This document shows positions 18,684-31,949 of a DNA stretch of 64,000 nucleotides, piece by piece. The DNA lies in contig MEUC01000011.1 of NCBI GenBank assembly GCA_001771545.1, positions 10,071-74,070 on the forward strand, given 5' to 3'. Origin of the DNA: a candidate division WOR-1 bacterium RIFOXYB2_FULL_42_35 (GTDB taxonomy: Bacteria; Margulisbacteria; WOR-1; O2-12-FULL-45-9). Position numbers and translations under genes: made by a program. The notes under the pieces were generated by a model that did no database searches, had not been told where the DNA came from, and saw only the letters and a list, made by a program, of their open reading frames with translations. Positions within the stretch are counted from its first letter, which is position 1. Every line of letters begins with the position of its first letter.

Positions 18684-20489
18684 ATGGTAAAAATAATCAA
18701 CATCGCTATCATCGCTCACGTTGACCACGGTAAAACCACTTTGACCGACTTTTTGTTGCGTCAAGGAGGCGCTTTTGGAGAACGAGAAGAACTGCAAGAT
18801 CTAGTTATGGACTCTAATGATCTAGAAAAAGAACGTGGTATCACCATTTTCTCCAAAAATTGCTCAATCCACTACAAAGATTATAAAATCAATATAGTGG
18901 ACACCCCCGGCCATGCCGACTTTGGTTCAGAAGTTGAACGCGTCCTTAAAATGGTTGATAGCGTTCTCCTTCTTGTTGACGCCAAAGAAGGACCAATGCC
19001 ACAAACTAAATTTGTCTTGTCCAAATCACTCAAACTGGGTTTAAAACCAATTGTCGTCATCAATAAAATTGATAAAACCGGTCATCGTGCCCACAACGTA
19101 GTTGATATGGTTTTTGACCTCTTTATTAAACTTGAAGCCAACGACGAACAGCTAGACTTTCCCATTGTTTACACAATTTCCAGAGAAGGTATTGCCAAGT
19201 ATAACTTAGAAGACGAAAATCCAGATTTAACTCCTCTTTTTGAAACTATTTTAAAACACGTTAAGCCCTACCCTGATAAAAGCAACGAGCCCCTGCAAAT
19301 GCAGGTAGCTAACTTAGCTTACAACGACTATATGGGCCGGATTGGTATTGGTCGGGTTTTTTCCGGCCACCTAAAAATCGGTGACAACATCGTTGTCTGT
19401 AGAAGAGACGGCTCCATTCATCCGGCTAAGATAACTAAGCTTACTAATTTTGAGGGTTTAAAAGAGGTTGAAATTGCAGAAGCTGCTTGTGGTGATATTG
19501 TTGCTGTGGCTGGAATTACCGATATAACTATCGGAGAAACACTCTGTACTCATGATAACCCTCTGCCAATGCCCTTGCTGGTCATTGACGAACCGACCTT
19601 ATCAATGGAGTTTTTGGTTAACAACTCCCCCTTTGCCGGCAAAGAAGGCAAATTTATTACGACGAGACATTTACGTGCTCGCTTGGAGCGAGAACTACAA
19701 ACTAACGTGGGCCTGCGCATGGAACCCTTTGTAAATGGCGAAGGATTTAGGGTCGCAGGTCGAGGAGAGCTTCATCTTTCCATTCTTTTAGAGGAAATGC
19801 GCCGCCAGGGCTTTGAAGTACAAGTCTCCATGCCCCAGATTATTTTTAAAACTATTAACAACGAAAAAATGGAACCGATTGAACAAGCCGTTATTTCTGT
19901 ACCAGAACAATTTGCCGGGACTGTCATTGAAAAGCTGGGCCAGCGCAAAGGCGAAATGATTGATATGCAGGTTAAGAATGGCATTACTAATTTAACTTAT
20001 AATATCCCCACTCGAGGCTTGCTCGGTTTTCGAGCTGAATTCATCATGGATACTAAGGGCGAAGGCATTTTAAACCATGGTTTTTATCGTTACGAAAGAT
20101 ATAAGGGTGATATTGCCAAACGCAAGAATGGCACCTTGGTTGCTTGCGAAGGGGGCAAAACCGCCGGTTATGCGCTGAACAACATTCAAGAACGCGGTCG
20201 ACTTTTTATTGAGCCTGGCGTTCAGATCTATGAAGGCCAGATAATTGGGGAAAGTTCTCGCGACAAAGATATCCCAGTCAATGCCTGCAAAGAAAAGAAG
20301 AAGACCAATATCCGTGCTGCCGCTGCTGATATAGCCATTAAACTCACCCCACCAATAAAACTGACCATTGAATCTGCGCTGGAATTCATCTCTAACGACG
20401 AGTTAGTAGAGCTTACTCCACATAGTATCCGTTTAAGGAAAAAATTCTTAAAAGAACATGAACGGAAAAGAGCGGAATCAAACTCCTAA
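18684..20489 (+). CDS. typA: translational GTPase TypA/BipA
   Basis: [28 protein letters not shown] and C-terminal [13 protein letters not shown]. Confidence 0.98.
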   Translation: MVKIINIAIIAHVDHGKTTLTDFLLRQGGAFGEREELQDLVMDSNDLEKERGITIFSKNCSIHYKDYKINIVDTPGHADFGSEVERVLKMVDSVLLLVDAKEGPMPQTKFVLSKSLKLGLKPIVVINKIDKTGHRAHNVVDMVFDLFIKLEANDEQLDFPIVYTISREGIAKYNLEDENPDLTPLFETILKHVKPYPDKSNEPLQMQVANLAYNDYMGRIGIGRVFSGHLKIGDNIVVCRRDGSIHPAKITKLTNFEGLKEVEIAEAACGDIVAVAGITDITIGETLCTHDNPLPMPLLVIDEPTLSMEFLVNNSPFAGKEGKFITTRHLRARLERELQTNVGLRMEPFVNGEGFRVAGRGELHLSILLEEMRRQGFEVQVSMPQIIFKTINNEKMEPIEQAVISVPEQFAGTVIEKLGQRKGEMIDMQVKNGITNLTYNIPTRGLLGFRAEFIMDTKGEGILNHGFYRYERYKGDIAKRKNGTLVACEGGKTAGYALNNIQERGRLFIEPGVQIYEGQIIGESSRDKDIPVNACKEKKKTNIRAAAADIAIKLTPPIKLTIESALEFISNDELVELTPHSIRLRKKFLKEHERKRAESNS

Positions 20490-20499
20490 ACCCCATTTT

Positions 20500-20527
20500 G
20501 AAACTTTTAGGCTATAATATTGTCTAA
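20500..20527 (+). promoter_or_regulatory. ECF-type promoter overlapping the sigma start codon, with a nested TATAAT
   Basis: GAAACT-N16-GTCTAA; last A is the A of the ATG at 20527; TATAAT at 20513-20518. Confidence 0.6.
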
Positions 20528-21108
20528 TGGATAGCAATGACCAAGAATTAATCAAACGCTTTCAACAAAACAATGGCTTAGCTGTCTTTGATCAATTGGT
20601 CATAAAGTATAAGGACATGGTTTTTAACCTGTGTTATCGCTTTATGGGCAATTATGATGATGCTAATGATTGTGCTCAGGATACCTTTTTAAAAGCTTTT
20701 AAAGGCTTGAAAAAGTTCCGGGCTGAGGCAAATTTCTCAACCTGGCTCTATCGGATTGCAGTTAATACTTGTAAGAATAAGCTGGCATCACTGACCTATC
20801 GCTTTAGCAAGATGTTAATAAGAATAGATCAGGCAAAATCAGAAGAAGAAAGAGGGACAATCAGGGAAGTCAGAGATGATTCAATGTCTCCAGTTAGCCT
20901 GTTAATGAAGAAAGAGACCGACAGATTAATTCAAAAAGCCATTGACTCGTTGCCTAAAGATCAAAAGATAGTCGTGGTTTTACGCGATGTTGAAGACCTG
21001 GCCTATGAGGAAATTGCCGCAATAACCGGCCATAATCTAGGCACAGTTAAATCAAAGCTGTTTCGGGCCAGGGAACAATTGAGAAATAAATTAAAAGGAC
21101 TGATTTAA
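20527..21108 (+). CDS. ECF RNA polymerase sigma factor (RpoE/SigW-like)
   Basis: DANDCAQDTFLKA, FSTWLYRIAVN and YEEIA...GTVKSKLFRAR. Confidence 0.96.
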   Translation: MDSNDQELIKRFQQNNGLAVFDQLVIKYKDMVFNLCYRFMGNYDDANDCAQDTFLKAFKGLKKFRAEANFSTWLYRIAVNTCKNKLASLTYRFSKMLIRIDQAKSEEERGTIREVRDDSMSPVSLLMKKETDRLIQKAIDSLPKDQKIVVVLRDVEDLAYEEIAAITGHNLGTVKSKLFRAREQLRNKLKGLI

Positions 21109-21756
21109 ATGGATGATAATAAATTAAAATCTTTAGAGTCACTAGAAAGAGTTAAAGCCCCGGCTAATTTTGTAGAACAAGTACGCTCTCGCTTGGAAAA
21201 GAAAAGTCTTTGGCAAAGGATCTTTTTACCATTACAGATAAAAATCCCTCTTCAGCTAGCTGGCACGCTGGTTACAGTACTATTAGTAACATTTATTTAT
21301 AATGCTTATCAACCCGAACAATTAATGGTTAGCAAAGAGAGATTAAAATCCGAGAAAACAGCTAAATTATCGGCCCCAAAAGCAACTGCCAGTGGTGCTG
21401 GGGCCAAGAGCAAAATTTATCAAGAGCCAATCGAACTGGCTTTGGTCATGGCAGCACCTGCTGCCCCAGAAAAATCAATGATGAGAGAAAGCGCAGCTAG
21501 TGGAATGTCACTTAATTTGGAGCTCGCAGACGAAAAAACAGCAGTTTCTCAAGCAGACCCCCTTCAAACGATTATCTTATCAGTTCAAGGCAAAGTTATC
21601 TCTAAAATTAATAATCAATATATTATTGAAGTTCCCCAGAATAGATATAAAGTTCTAGTCAATGAATTGGAACAACTAGGGAAGATAACTTCAAAAACCC
21701 CTCCTACGATAACAGACCAAGAGACCCTGCTGATTTATTTAACTGTTAAGAAATAA
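21109..21756 (+). CDS. single-TM anti-sigma factor (putative)
   Basis: Immediately follows the sigma gene; short cytoplasmic APANFVEQVRSRL segment, TM, periplasmic domain. Confidence 0.75.
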   Translation: MDDNKLKSLESLERVKAPANFVEQVRSRLEKKSLWQRIFLPLQIKIPLQLAGTLVTVLLVTFIYNAYQPEQLMVSKERLKSEKTAKLSAPKATASGAGAKSKIYQEPIELALVMAAPAAPEKSMMRESAASGMSLNLELADEKTAVSQADPLQTIILSVQGKVISKINNQYIIEVPQNRYKVLVNELEQLGKITSKTPPTITDQETLLIYLTVKK

Positions 21757-21759
21757 TCG

Positions 21760-21787
21760 GGAACTTTTCCTCTCCTCCCCTGTCTAA
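21760..21787 (+). promoter_or_regulatory. ECF-type promoter for the VIT-vWA gene
   Basis: GGAACT-N16-GTCTAA followed by SD AGGAGG. Confidence 0.85.
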
Positions 21788-21822
21788 CCACTAGACCGCA
21801 AGAAAAATAGGAGGAGAAGATT

Positions 21823-23952
21823 ATGCGAATTAGAAGTTTAGTTATAGGGATTGGTGTCGTGTTAGGCTTAATTTTAGGAGCCAACGTAGTCAAAGCAGAT
21901 GGTTTTATGATTGTGGAACCAAGACCTGTCTATCAACCTTGGTTAAAACAACCTACCCCCTTATCGGTCAAATATCATCATGTTACAGTCACGATTAATG
22001 ATAATATTGCTACTACCACAGTAGATGAAGTCTTTCTCAACGATTTTGATCATGAGATCGAAGGGACCTATATTTTCCCTTTGCCGGCAGAAGCAGCAGT
22101 TACCGAATTTGCCATGTATGTTAATGGTAAAAAAGTCAGCGGCCAGGTTTTAGATAAAGGCCAAGCCCGTAAGATCTATGAAAACATTGTCCGGCAGATG
22201 AAGGATCCAGCTCTTTTAGAATATGTGGGGAGGAACCTATTTAAGGCCAGCATTTACCCAATTCCGGCCAAAGGGGAGAAAAGAGTCCAATTAACTTATA
22301 AACAAGTACTTACCTACGACGCTGGCAGCTATAAATACGTTTATCCTCTGGACACAGAGAAATATTCGCCTAAACCAGTTAATGACGTAACAATCTCAAC
22401 AAAGATTAACTCAAAAATCCCCATTAAGAGTCTGTACTCGCCTAGCCACAATATTTCCAGCAAAATTGAAAGATACAAAGCCTCTGCTGGTTATGAAGCC
22501 CAAAATGTTAAACCCGATAAGAATTTTGTACTCTACTACACAGTTTCCGACCAAGATATTGGTTTAAGCTTACAAACTTACCAACAGAACAGTGAAGACG
22601 GCTATTTTATGATGTTGCTCTCCCCTGGTCAACTCAAGAGCAAGGCTAGTGCTAAAGATCTTATTTTTGTACTGGACACTTCTGGCAGTATGAGCGGAGA
22701 GAAGATCAGACAAGCTAAAGAAGCCTTGCGCTTTTGTTTAAGCAAATTAAATTCGGATGACCGTTTTAGTGTAATAGGTTTTGAAACCAACATAAATATT
22801 TATAAACAATCTCTAGTTTCTGCTAACGATAACAATATTAATAAGGCCTTGGAGTTCGTTGATCAATTTGAGGCCAGCGGCGGCACCAATATTAACGAAG
22901 CCCTGGTTAAAGCCTTAGGAATGATTAAATGGTCAACCAGGCCACGCATGATCGTCTTTTTAACCGACGGCGAACCAACCGAAGGGGTAACTGAGATGAA
23001 AGATATTATTGCCAATGTCAAAAACGCCAATAAAAACAAGGCTCGTCTCTTTGTTTTTGGTGTTGGTGATGATGTAAATACCCATCTTTTGGATAAGATC
23101 GCCGAAGACAATCGTGGGGCTTGTGAATATGTTGATCCAGGTGAAGATATTGAAAAGAGTGTTTCAACTTTTTATAGCAAGATTAATGAACCTGTTCTGG
23201 CTGATATTAAATTAGATTTTGGCGGCATCAGGATTTATGACCTCCAACCGAGAGTATTCCCGGATATTTTCAAGGGGACTCAGTTAGTCCTCTTGGGTCG
23301 CTACAACGGCGATGGCAACAGGAAAATAACCTTAACCGGTTATGTTAATGGCCGGAAGAAACAGTTTTTTTACGAAGCCAAATTTACCAGAGAAGACTCA
23401 AGCAACAACTTTATTCCTAGGCTATGGGCAACCAGAAAGATCGGATATCTAACCAGTGAAATCCGTTTAAGGGGAGAAAAGAAAGAGTTGATTGATGAGA
23501 TCATCAAACTCAGCAAAAAGCACGGAATTATGACCGAATACACCTCATATTTAGTCATGGAAAATGACCAGGATTACAAACGTTATGGTCTTAATGAAGC
23601 TATGGCTCCTAAGCTAAAAGAAGCCGGCAATAAATTTGCTCAAGCCATGAAAAGCTATACCGGCAGTGGGGCTGTTTCCAGCGCCAGAAACATTCAAGAC
23701 ATGCAACAAAAAGCCTTGCCAGCTGCTCCAGAGCTAGAGACAGTCAAATACGTTGGCAATAAAACTTTTTATCTTCAAGATCTGACTTGGACTGATTCAG
23801 AATACACGCAAGGAATGAAAACTATCAAGATTAAATATTTAAGCCAAGAATACTTTGCGCTCTTAAAGGCTAGTCCGGAATTGGGCAAGTATTTTGCTGT
23901 GGGAGAAAATATAATTGTGGAACTCAAAGGAACAGTTTACAAAATAATGTAG
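21823..23952 (+). CDS. secreted VIT + von Willebrand A domain protein
   Basis: Signal peptide, EGTYIFPLP VIT motif, MIDAS DTSGS..GGT..LTDG. Confidence 0.95.
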   Translation: MRIRSLVIGIGVVLGLILGANVVKADGFMIVEPRPVYQPWLKQPTPLSVKYHHVTVTINDNIATTTVDEVFLNDFDHEIEGTYIFPLPAEAAVTEFAMYVNGKKVSGQVLDKGQARKIYENIVRQMKDPALLEYVGRNLFKASIYPIPAKGEKRVQLTYKQVLTYDAGSYKYVYPLDTEKYSPKPVNDVTISTKINSKIPIKSLYSPSHNISSKIERYKASAGYEAQNVKPDKNFVLYYTVSDQDIGLSLQTYQQNSEDGYFMMLLSPGQLKSKASAKDLIFVLDTSGSMSGEKIRQAKEALRFCLSKLNSDDRFSVIGFETNINIYKQSLVSANDNNINKALEFVDQFEASGGTNINEALVKALGMIKWSTRPRMIVFLTDGEPTEGVTEMKDIIANVKNANKNKARLFVFGVGDDVNTHLLDKIAEDNRGACEYVDPGEDIEKSVSTFYSKINEPVLADIKLDFGGIRIYDLQPRVFPDIFKGTQLVLLGRYNGDGNRKITLTGYVNGRKKQFFYEAKFTREDSSNNFIPRLWATRKIGYLTSEIRLRGEKKELIDEIIKLSKKHGIMTEYTSYLVMENDQDYKRYGLNEAMAPKLKEAGNKFAQAMKSYTGSGAVSSARNIQDMQQKALPAAPELETVKYVGNKTFYLQDLTWTDSEYTQGMKTIKIKYLSQEYFALLKASPELGKYFAVGENIIVELKGTVYKIM

Positions 23953-23954
23953 AC

Positions 23955-24034
23955 CTCAGAAACTTAGTGACTTTGTGCCTTAGTGGTAAATAAAAAATAG
24001 CCGCAAAGGCACGAAGCCTCAAAGGGACACAAAG
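23955..24034. repeat. inverted array of degenerate 8-mers (CTTTGTG / CACAAAG type)
   Basis: cttagtgactttgtgccttagtgg ... caaaggcacgaag..acacaaagg between convergent genes. Confidence 0.65.
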
Positions 24035-24056
24035 GAAAAATCCGAATAGTTAAAAC

Positions 24057-24398
24057 CTACAGCACCGTCATCAAAACCCCACCAAATATGGTGGCTAACA
24101 GATCCCAGTTGTCCCACTTTTGCGCATAATACTGATCGAAAGCTTCGCGTAACAACCCAACTGTAGCAGCACTTAAGACCATTGTATTAGAATCTGCTCC
24201 ATGTTTATAAGCTCCAGCAGCTACAAAACCTCCCAAGAGAACATGTGCCGCCTTGTCAGAATACTGATCAAGTCGTCGCTTCAAATTTATACTTTGAACT
24301 TCAGAAGTTTGAGCCCAACATGTCCCTCCCATTAACAATAATAACAATATAACAATCCCCTTTATAACAATTAACTTCATAATAATTATTTTTCTCAT
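24057..24398 (-). CDS. hypothetical membrane protein
   Basis: Signal peptide; DKAAH..E..D..DLLAT..G pattern like VanZ/YfiM-type families. Confidence 0.7.
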   Translation of the reverse strand: MRKIIIMKLIVIKGIVILLLLLMGGTCWAQTSEVQSINLKRRLDQYSDKAAHVLLGGFVAAGAYKHGADSNTMVLSAATVGLLREAFDQYYAQKWDNWDLLATIFGGVLMTVL

Positions 24399-24622
24399 CT
24401 CCTACCTCCTAGATATTGGTTATGCAGTTATCCTATCATGATACTTATTCTTAGCAATAGAATTTTCAGACAAAAAATGCCTTTCTATCGAACGGCTAGT
24501 CTTACACTATTATATAGCTTTGTATCCCTTATGGCTCTAAGAAGATATTTAGATTTGTTTTGCCGAAAAGTGAAATCGCCCACCAATAATGCGGACATAG
24601 AAGTATAACAAGGAGATAAAAA

Positions 24623-26788
<2,166 letters not shown>

Positions 26789-26853
26789 TAATTTAAAAGA
26801 TTCTAAAGGCGTTCACTAGTTTTAGCCTCTAAATTCTGCTAAAATTACAATTG

Positions 26854-27651
26854 ATGCCTATTCAAGAGAAATGCCGAATCTTAGACCACCAGAAAGTTGC
26901 CCCTTTCCATTTTAAAATTACCCTTGTTTCTAAATATATCTCTTCACACGCAGAACCAGGCCAATTTGTTAACGTCCGCTGCTCACAAGATTACGATCCC
27001 CTACTTAGACGACCACTAGGAGTTCATAACGTTAACCCAGAAGAAGAAATCTTTGAATTGCTTTATGAGATCGTTGGCAAAGGGACAGAATTACTTTCCA
27101 AGCATCAAGTTGGACAGGAAATAGATATCCTTGGTCCTTTGGGGAACGGATTTGATATCAATAAAGACAAAAAGGTTGCTATTCTAGTTGCTGGCGGAAT
27201 GGGCGTTGCACCTCTGCTCTACTTAGCTAAATTCCTACGATCCACGATCCACGATCCACGATCAATCCACATCCTAATTGGCACTAAGACAAAAGAGCTG
27301 ATTCTTGCTGAAAAAGAATTTAAAACTTTAACAGATAACGTTATCGTTTCAACAGATGATGGATCTTACGGCAAAAAGGGTTTTGTTTCTGATGTCCTAC
27401 TTGAAACTTTGGACCCAAGAACCATTGATGCTTCAGCAACCATATACGCTTGTGGCCCCAAACCAATGCTCAAGGCCATTGCAGAAATTGCTTTCCAAAA
27501 GAAGATCGACTGCCAAGTTTCCATGGAAGCTAGAATGGCTTGCGGGATTGGCACTTGCTTGGGTTGTGTGATTAATACGACAAAAGGTTATCAAAAGGTT
27601 TGTGACGACGGCCCGGTTTTCGACGCAAAGGAGATTGTATGGACAAGCTAG
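26854..27651 (+). CDS. pyrK: dihydroorotate dehydrogenase electron transfer subunit
   Basis: LRRPL, GGMGVAP, CGP and MACGIGTCLGC..CDDGPVF motifs. Confidence 0.96.
   Translation: MPIQEKCRILDHQKVAPFHFKITLVSKYISSHAEPGQFVNVRCSQDYDPLLRRPLGVHNVNPEEEIFELLYEIVGKGTELLSKHQVGQEIDILGPLGNGFDINKDKKVAILVAGGMGVAPLLYLAKFLRSTIHDPRSIHILIGTKTKELILAEKEFKTLTDNVIVSTDDGSYGKKGFVSDVLLETLDPRTIDASATIYACGPKPMLKAIAEIAFQKKIDCQVSMEARMACGIGTCLGCVINTTKGYQKVCDDGPVFDAKEIVWTS
27235..27262 (+). repeat. 4 x 7-bp repeat (CCACGAT) inside pyrK
   Basis: ctacgat ccacgat ccacgat ccacgat, translated RSTIHDPRS. Confidence 0.9.
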
Positions 27652-28550
27652 CTATTGAACTCTGCGGTATCAAATTAAAGAACCCGGTCATGGTTGCCTC
27701 TGGCACTTTTGGTCACGGCGAAGAAGCAGCTAAGTTTGTTGATCTAGATAAACTTGGGGCAATCATCACCAAAACTATCACCCTAGAACCACGCCAAGGC
27801 AATAAACCACCACGAATCTGCGAAACAGCTTCTGGCATGCTCAACTCCATTGGCCTACAAAACAAAGGAGTTAAGGATTTCTTGGAAAACCGTCTACCTA
27901 CACTGGCCAAATATAAAACCCCTGTAATTGTTAACATTGCCGGGGAATCAGCTAAAGAGTTTGAAGAGCTGACCAAGATATTAAATAAAGAACCGTTAGT
28001 TAAAGGGATTGAAGTTAACATTTCCTGTCCTAACGTGTCTAAGGGTGGAATGCTCTTCTGCTTTGATCCCAGGGCAACCAGAGAATTAGTTGCCACTGTT
28101 AGGAAAGCAACTAGTCTTCCGGTAATTGTTAAATTGTCACCCAACGTTACAGACATCGCTTTAATCGCTAAAGAAGCAGAAAATGCCGGGGCTGATGTAA
28201 TTTCTTTAATCAATACTCTCTGGGGCATGGCCATCGATACCAATACCCACAAACCAAAACTGGGCAACATCACTGGCGGCCTCTCTGGTCCTGCCATTAA
28301 ACCAATTGCCATCAGAATGGTTTGGCAGGTTGCTCAAGCTGTTAAAATCCCGATCATCGGAGTTGGAGGAATTATGACCGGAGCAGATGCAATTGAATTT
28401 TTCCTAGCCGGCGCTTCCGCAGTTCAGGTTGGTACAGCTAATTTTGTTGATACACAGGCACCTGTAAGGATTGTCGAAGAAATCAAAGAATATTTAGATT
28501 CCCACAATATCAGCCACTACAAAGAATTGGTTGGAAAAGTAACTGCGTAG
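27639..28550 (+). CDS. pyrD: dihydroorotate dehydrogenase (family 1B) catalytic subunit
   Basis: ASGTFG, NSIGLQN, NISCPN, KLSPN and GGLSG motifs. Confidence 0.97.
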   Translation: MDKLAIELCGIKLKNPVMVASGTFGHGEEAAKFVDLDKLGAIITKTITLEPRQGNKPPRICETASGMLNSIGLQNKGVKDFLENRLPTLAKYKTPVIVNIAGESAKEFEELTKILNKEPLVKGIEVNISCPNVSKGGMLFCFDPRATRELVATVRKATSLPVIVKLSPNVTDIALIAKEAENAGADVISLINTLWGMAIDTNTHKPKLGNITGGLSGPAIKPIAIRMVWQVAQAVKIPIIGVGGIMTGADAIEFFLAGASAVQVGTANFVDTQAPVRIVEEIKEYLDSHNISHYKELVGKVTA

Positions 28551-28568
28551 CTATTCCCCAAACTTAGG

Positions 28569-28664
28569 CTAATCCGGCGGTTGAAACTTACCTTTGTACA
28601 TCAGAATAAATATCACTACAATGATGAAGATTATTAGAACTAGAACTGCTTGTGATTCGGTCAT
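28569..28664 (-). CDS. 31-aa single-TM small protein (not in ORF track)
   Basis: MTESQAVLVLIIFIIVVIFILMYKGKFQPPD*; AAGGA upstream. Confidence 0.45.
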   Translation of the reverse strand: MTESQAVLVLIIFIIVVIFILMYKGKFQPPD

Positions 28665-28682
28665 GGTTTTATGGTCCTTAGA

Positions 28683-28815
28683 ACATCAGTGAACCAGAAT
28701 ATCAGAGCAAGATTATCAGATTATTAGATGATCAGAATACCAGGAAACAACTTATATTCTGATTCTCTATTACTCTGATATCCTAGTTCTGATAAACTAA
28801 TATTCTGATGATCTC
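28683..28815. repeat. inverted array of degenerate 8-9-mers (ATCAG / CTGAT)
   Basis: About 7 ATCAG-type units followed by about 6 complementary CTGAT-type units. Confidence 0.75.
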
Positions 28816-31627
28816 AAAGAACTCTCTTCAAAAACATCCCCGTATAACTCTTTGAATTATTGCTAACCTGTTCAGGAGTCCCCTCCGCCACCACAAAGCC
28901 CCCCTCATCCCCACCACCTGGTCCTAAGTCAATAATATGATCCGCAGTTTTGATTACATCTAAATTATGTTCAATCACAATTAAAGTATTGCCAGTTGAG
29001 ACTAAGCGTTTAAGTACCTCCAATAACTTCTTAATATCAGCAAAATGTAAGCCAGTGGTTGGTTCGTCTAGAAGATATAATGTTCTGCCTGTTGAGCGAG
29101 TTGCCAACTCTGTGGCCAATTTAATCCTCTGGGCCTCACCACCAGACAAAGTAGTCGCTGGTTGGCCTAATTTTACATAACTTAAACCGACATCATTTAA
29201 AGTCTCTAACTTTCGCCTAATTTGGGGAATATTCTCGAACAAATCCAAAGCCTCTTCAACTGTCATATCCAACACATCATAAATGGACTTACCACGATAA
29301 TGAACTTCCAATGTTTCTCGATCATAACGCTTACCCTTGCAAACATCACAAGGCACATAGACATCCGGCAAGAAATGCATTTCAATCTTGACTAAGCCAT
29401 CACCGGAACAAGCTTCGCAACGTCCCCCTTTGACATTGAAGGAAAAACGACCCGGCTTGTAACCCCTGATTTTAGCCTCATTGGTCATAGTAAATAAGTC
29501 ACGGATATGAGTAAAAACTCCCGTATAAGTTGCTGGGTTAGAACGTGGAGTGCGACCAATCGGCGTTTGATCAATAATCACAACTTTATCGATATGCTCA
29601 ATGCCATCAATTCGATCATGTATCCCGGCCTTATCCAAAGCACGATAAAACTTTTTAGCTAAGGCACGATACAAAATATCATTAACCAAGGAACTTTTAC
29701 CGGAACCGGAAACACCGGTCACACAAGTAAAGGTTCCCAAAGGAAAAGAGACATTAACTTTCTTTAAGTTATTATGTTCCGCTTTAACAATTTTAAGAAA
29801 TTTGCCGTTACCGGGCTTGCGTTCAACTGGAACCTCAATCTTTTCCTTGCCAGAAAGAAATTTTCCTGTAATTGAAGCTGCTGTCTTTTCAATCTGCGCT
29901 ACTGTTCCGCTGGCTACAATCTCCCCCCCATGCCTCCCTGCCCCCGGCCCAATATCAACCAGATGGTCTGCCAGCCGCATCGTTTCTTCATCATGCTCTA
30001 CTACTATTATAGTATTACCCAAATCCCTTAAACGGAACAAAGTCTCAATTAAGCGTTTATTATCACGCTGGTGCAAACCAATTGAAGGCTCGTCTAAGAT
30101 ATAGAGCACTCCGACTAAGCCAGAGCCGACTTGGGTGGCCAAACGAGTCCTCTGTGCTTCTCCGCCAGAAAGTGTGGCAGATTGGCGGTCAAGGGTGACG
30201 TAATCCAACCCAACATCAACTAAAAACATTAAACGTGCGGTTAGCTCTTTAACAATTTGTTTGGCAATAACTGTTTCCCGCTCTGTGAGCTGCAAATCAG
30301 TTAAAAAAGCCATCACTTTGTTGATTGATAAAGCTGAAATTTTGGCAATTGATTTGCCGGCAATTGTCACTGCTAAACTTTCCGGCCGCAGTCTCTGCCC
30401 ATGACAAACAGGACAGCTGACACTACTCATGTAGCGATAAAGACTAAAACGCACATTTTCTGATTTGGTCTCATAATAGCGCCGTTTAAGCCAGTTAATT
30501 ATGCCTTCGTAAGAGCCCTCATGCTCCCAATAGCTGCGATCCATACGATGTTTAAACATAATTGGTTTATCGGAACCATAAAACAAAACCTTAAGTTGTT
30601 TTTTGTTTAGTTTCTTAACCGGGGTAAAAATATCAAAACCATAGGTTTCCCCCACAGATTCCAATTTTTGGATAAAATATGAAGCTGCCTCACCCCAACA
30701 AGCGATGGCTCCATCGGCAATAGTCAGGCTTTTATCAGGAATGACCAGATCAGGATCAAATTGCAGCTTATCTCCCAACCCCTTACACTCTGGGCAAGCG
30801 CCATAGGGACTATTAAAAGAAAAGATCCTGGGAGTGATTTCATCAAGGGAAAGGCTACAACTGGCACAAGCAAACTTTTCACTATAACTCTTCGGCTTAG
30901 CCCCTTTTTTCTCGCTTAAAATCTCAACCACGCCATTACCAAAGCGCAAAGCTGTTTCTACTGATTCGTTTAAACGTTTTTTGTTTGAGGTTTTGACAAC
31001 TAAGCGATCAATTACTATTTCAATATTATGTTTCAGTTTCTTGTCTAAAACCGGAACTTCGGCAATTTCATAGACCTTGCCATCAACCCGAGCTCGAATA
31101 AAACCGTCTTTTTGGATATCAGCAAAAAGTGTTTTATACTCCCCCTTACGTCCACGGATAACCGGTGCAAGGATTTGGATTTTCTCCCCAGCTGGCAATT
31201 GAAAAATCTGATCAACAATCTGCTGTGGAGTTTGCTTTTCGATCTTTTTCCCACATTTAGGACAGTGCGGAATACCAATATTAGCAAAGAGGAGTCTTAG
31301 ATAATCATAAATCTCTGTGACAGTCCCAACAGTTGATCTTGGATTTCTGGGTGGAGATTTTTGGTCAATAGAAATAGCCGGAGATAAGCCTTCAATTGAA
31401 TCAACATCGGGCTTTTGCATTTGTTCTAAAAATTGTCGAGCGTAAGCAGAAAGAGATTCAACGTAGCGACGCTGGCCTTCAGCATAAACAGTGTCAAAGG
31501 CTAGTGATGATTTACCTGAACCAGATAGACCAGTAAAGACAATAAATTTATTGCGCGGAAGTTCTAAACTAACGTCTTTTAGGTTATGCTCGCGGGCACC
31601 TTTGATGATGATTTTGTCTGAGTTCAT
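28814..31627 (-). CDS. uvrA: excinuclease ABC subunit A
   Basis: Two ABC ATPase domains ([18 protein letters not shown]), zinc fingers, LSGGEAQR twice. Confidence 0.99.
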   Translation of the reverse strand: MNSDKIIIKGAREHNLKDVSLELPRNKFIVFTGLSGSGKSSLAFDTVYAEGQRRYVESLSAYARQFLEQMQKPDVDSIEGLSPAISIDQKSPPRNPRSTVGTVTEIYDYLRLLFANIGIPHCPKCGKKIEKQTPQQIVDQIFQLPAGEKIQILAPVIRGRKGEYKTLFADIQKDGFIRARVDGKVYEIAEVPVLDKKLKHNIEIVIDRLVVKTSNKKRLNESVETALRFGNGVVEILSEKKGAKPKSYSEKFACASCSLSLDEITPRIFSFNSPYGACPECKGLGDKLQFDPDLVIPDKSLTIADGAIACWGEAASYFIQKLESVGETYGFDIFTPVKKLNKKQLKVLFYGSDKPIMFKHRMDRSYWEHEGSYEGIINWLKRRYYETKSENVRFSLYRYMSSVSCPVCHGQRLRPESLAVTIAGKSIAKISALSINKVMAFLTDLQLTERETVIAKQIVKELTARLMFLVDVGLDYVTLDRQSATLSGGEAQRTRLATQVGSGLVGVLYILDEPSIGLHQRDNKRLIETLFRLRDLGNTIIVVEHDEETMRLADHLVDIGPGAGRHGGEIVASGTVAQIEKTAASITGKFLSGKEKIEVPVERKPGNGKFLKIVKAEHNNLKKVNVSFPLGTFTCVTGVSGSGKSSLVNDILYRALAKKFYRALDKAGIHDRIDGIEHIDKVVIIDQTPIGRTPRSNPATYTGVFTHIRDLFTMTNEAKIRGYKPGRFSFNVKGGRCEACSGDGLVKIEMHFLPDVYVPCDVCKGKRYDRETLEVHYRGKSIYDVLDMTVEEALDLFENIPQIRRKLETLNDVGLSYVKLGQPATTLSGGEAQRIKLATELATRSTGRTLYLLDEPTTGLHFADIKKLLEVLKRLVSTGNTLIVIEHNLDVIKTADHIIDLGPGGGDEGGFVVAEGTPEQVSNNSKSYTGMFLKRVL

Positions 31628-31703
31628 GGAATTTTCTATTGTAGCAAAAAAACCTGAAACTATCGAGTAAATCTAAAACGATGTAGTATGTTATAATAAC
31701 TCA

Positions 31704-31949
31704 ATGAAAAAACTACACTATTTCACAGCAATCTGCTCTGCCCTGGTTGTTGGGTTGGGTCAAATTATTGAGGGTGAAAGCAAAAAAGGTCTTCTGCTCC
31801 TGTTGGTTTTTTACTTTGCTCTGCCTGCTCTGACCTATTTAGCCTTATTAACTGGTGGCTCCCTCCCTCTTTACATTTGGGGACTAACAATTGTGGCTGG
31901 CTTAATTATTTGGACCTATAGTGTTGGGGAGGCCCTTTTTAAATCATGA
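31704..31949 (+). CDS. small membrane protein
   Basis: SALVVGLGQI..G..KKG pattern; ATGA overlap with the next gene. Confidence 0.7.
   Translation: MKKLHYFTAICSALVVGLGQIIEGESKKGLLLLLVFYFALPALTYLALLTGGSLPLYIWGLTIVAGLIIWTYSVGEALFKS

Noticed and set aside
27713-28312. 199-aa antisense ORF in pyrD and the many other nested short ORFs in the track
   Set aside because: They lie within well-supported genes and have no motifs or SD; treated as shadow ORFs.
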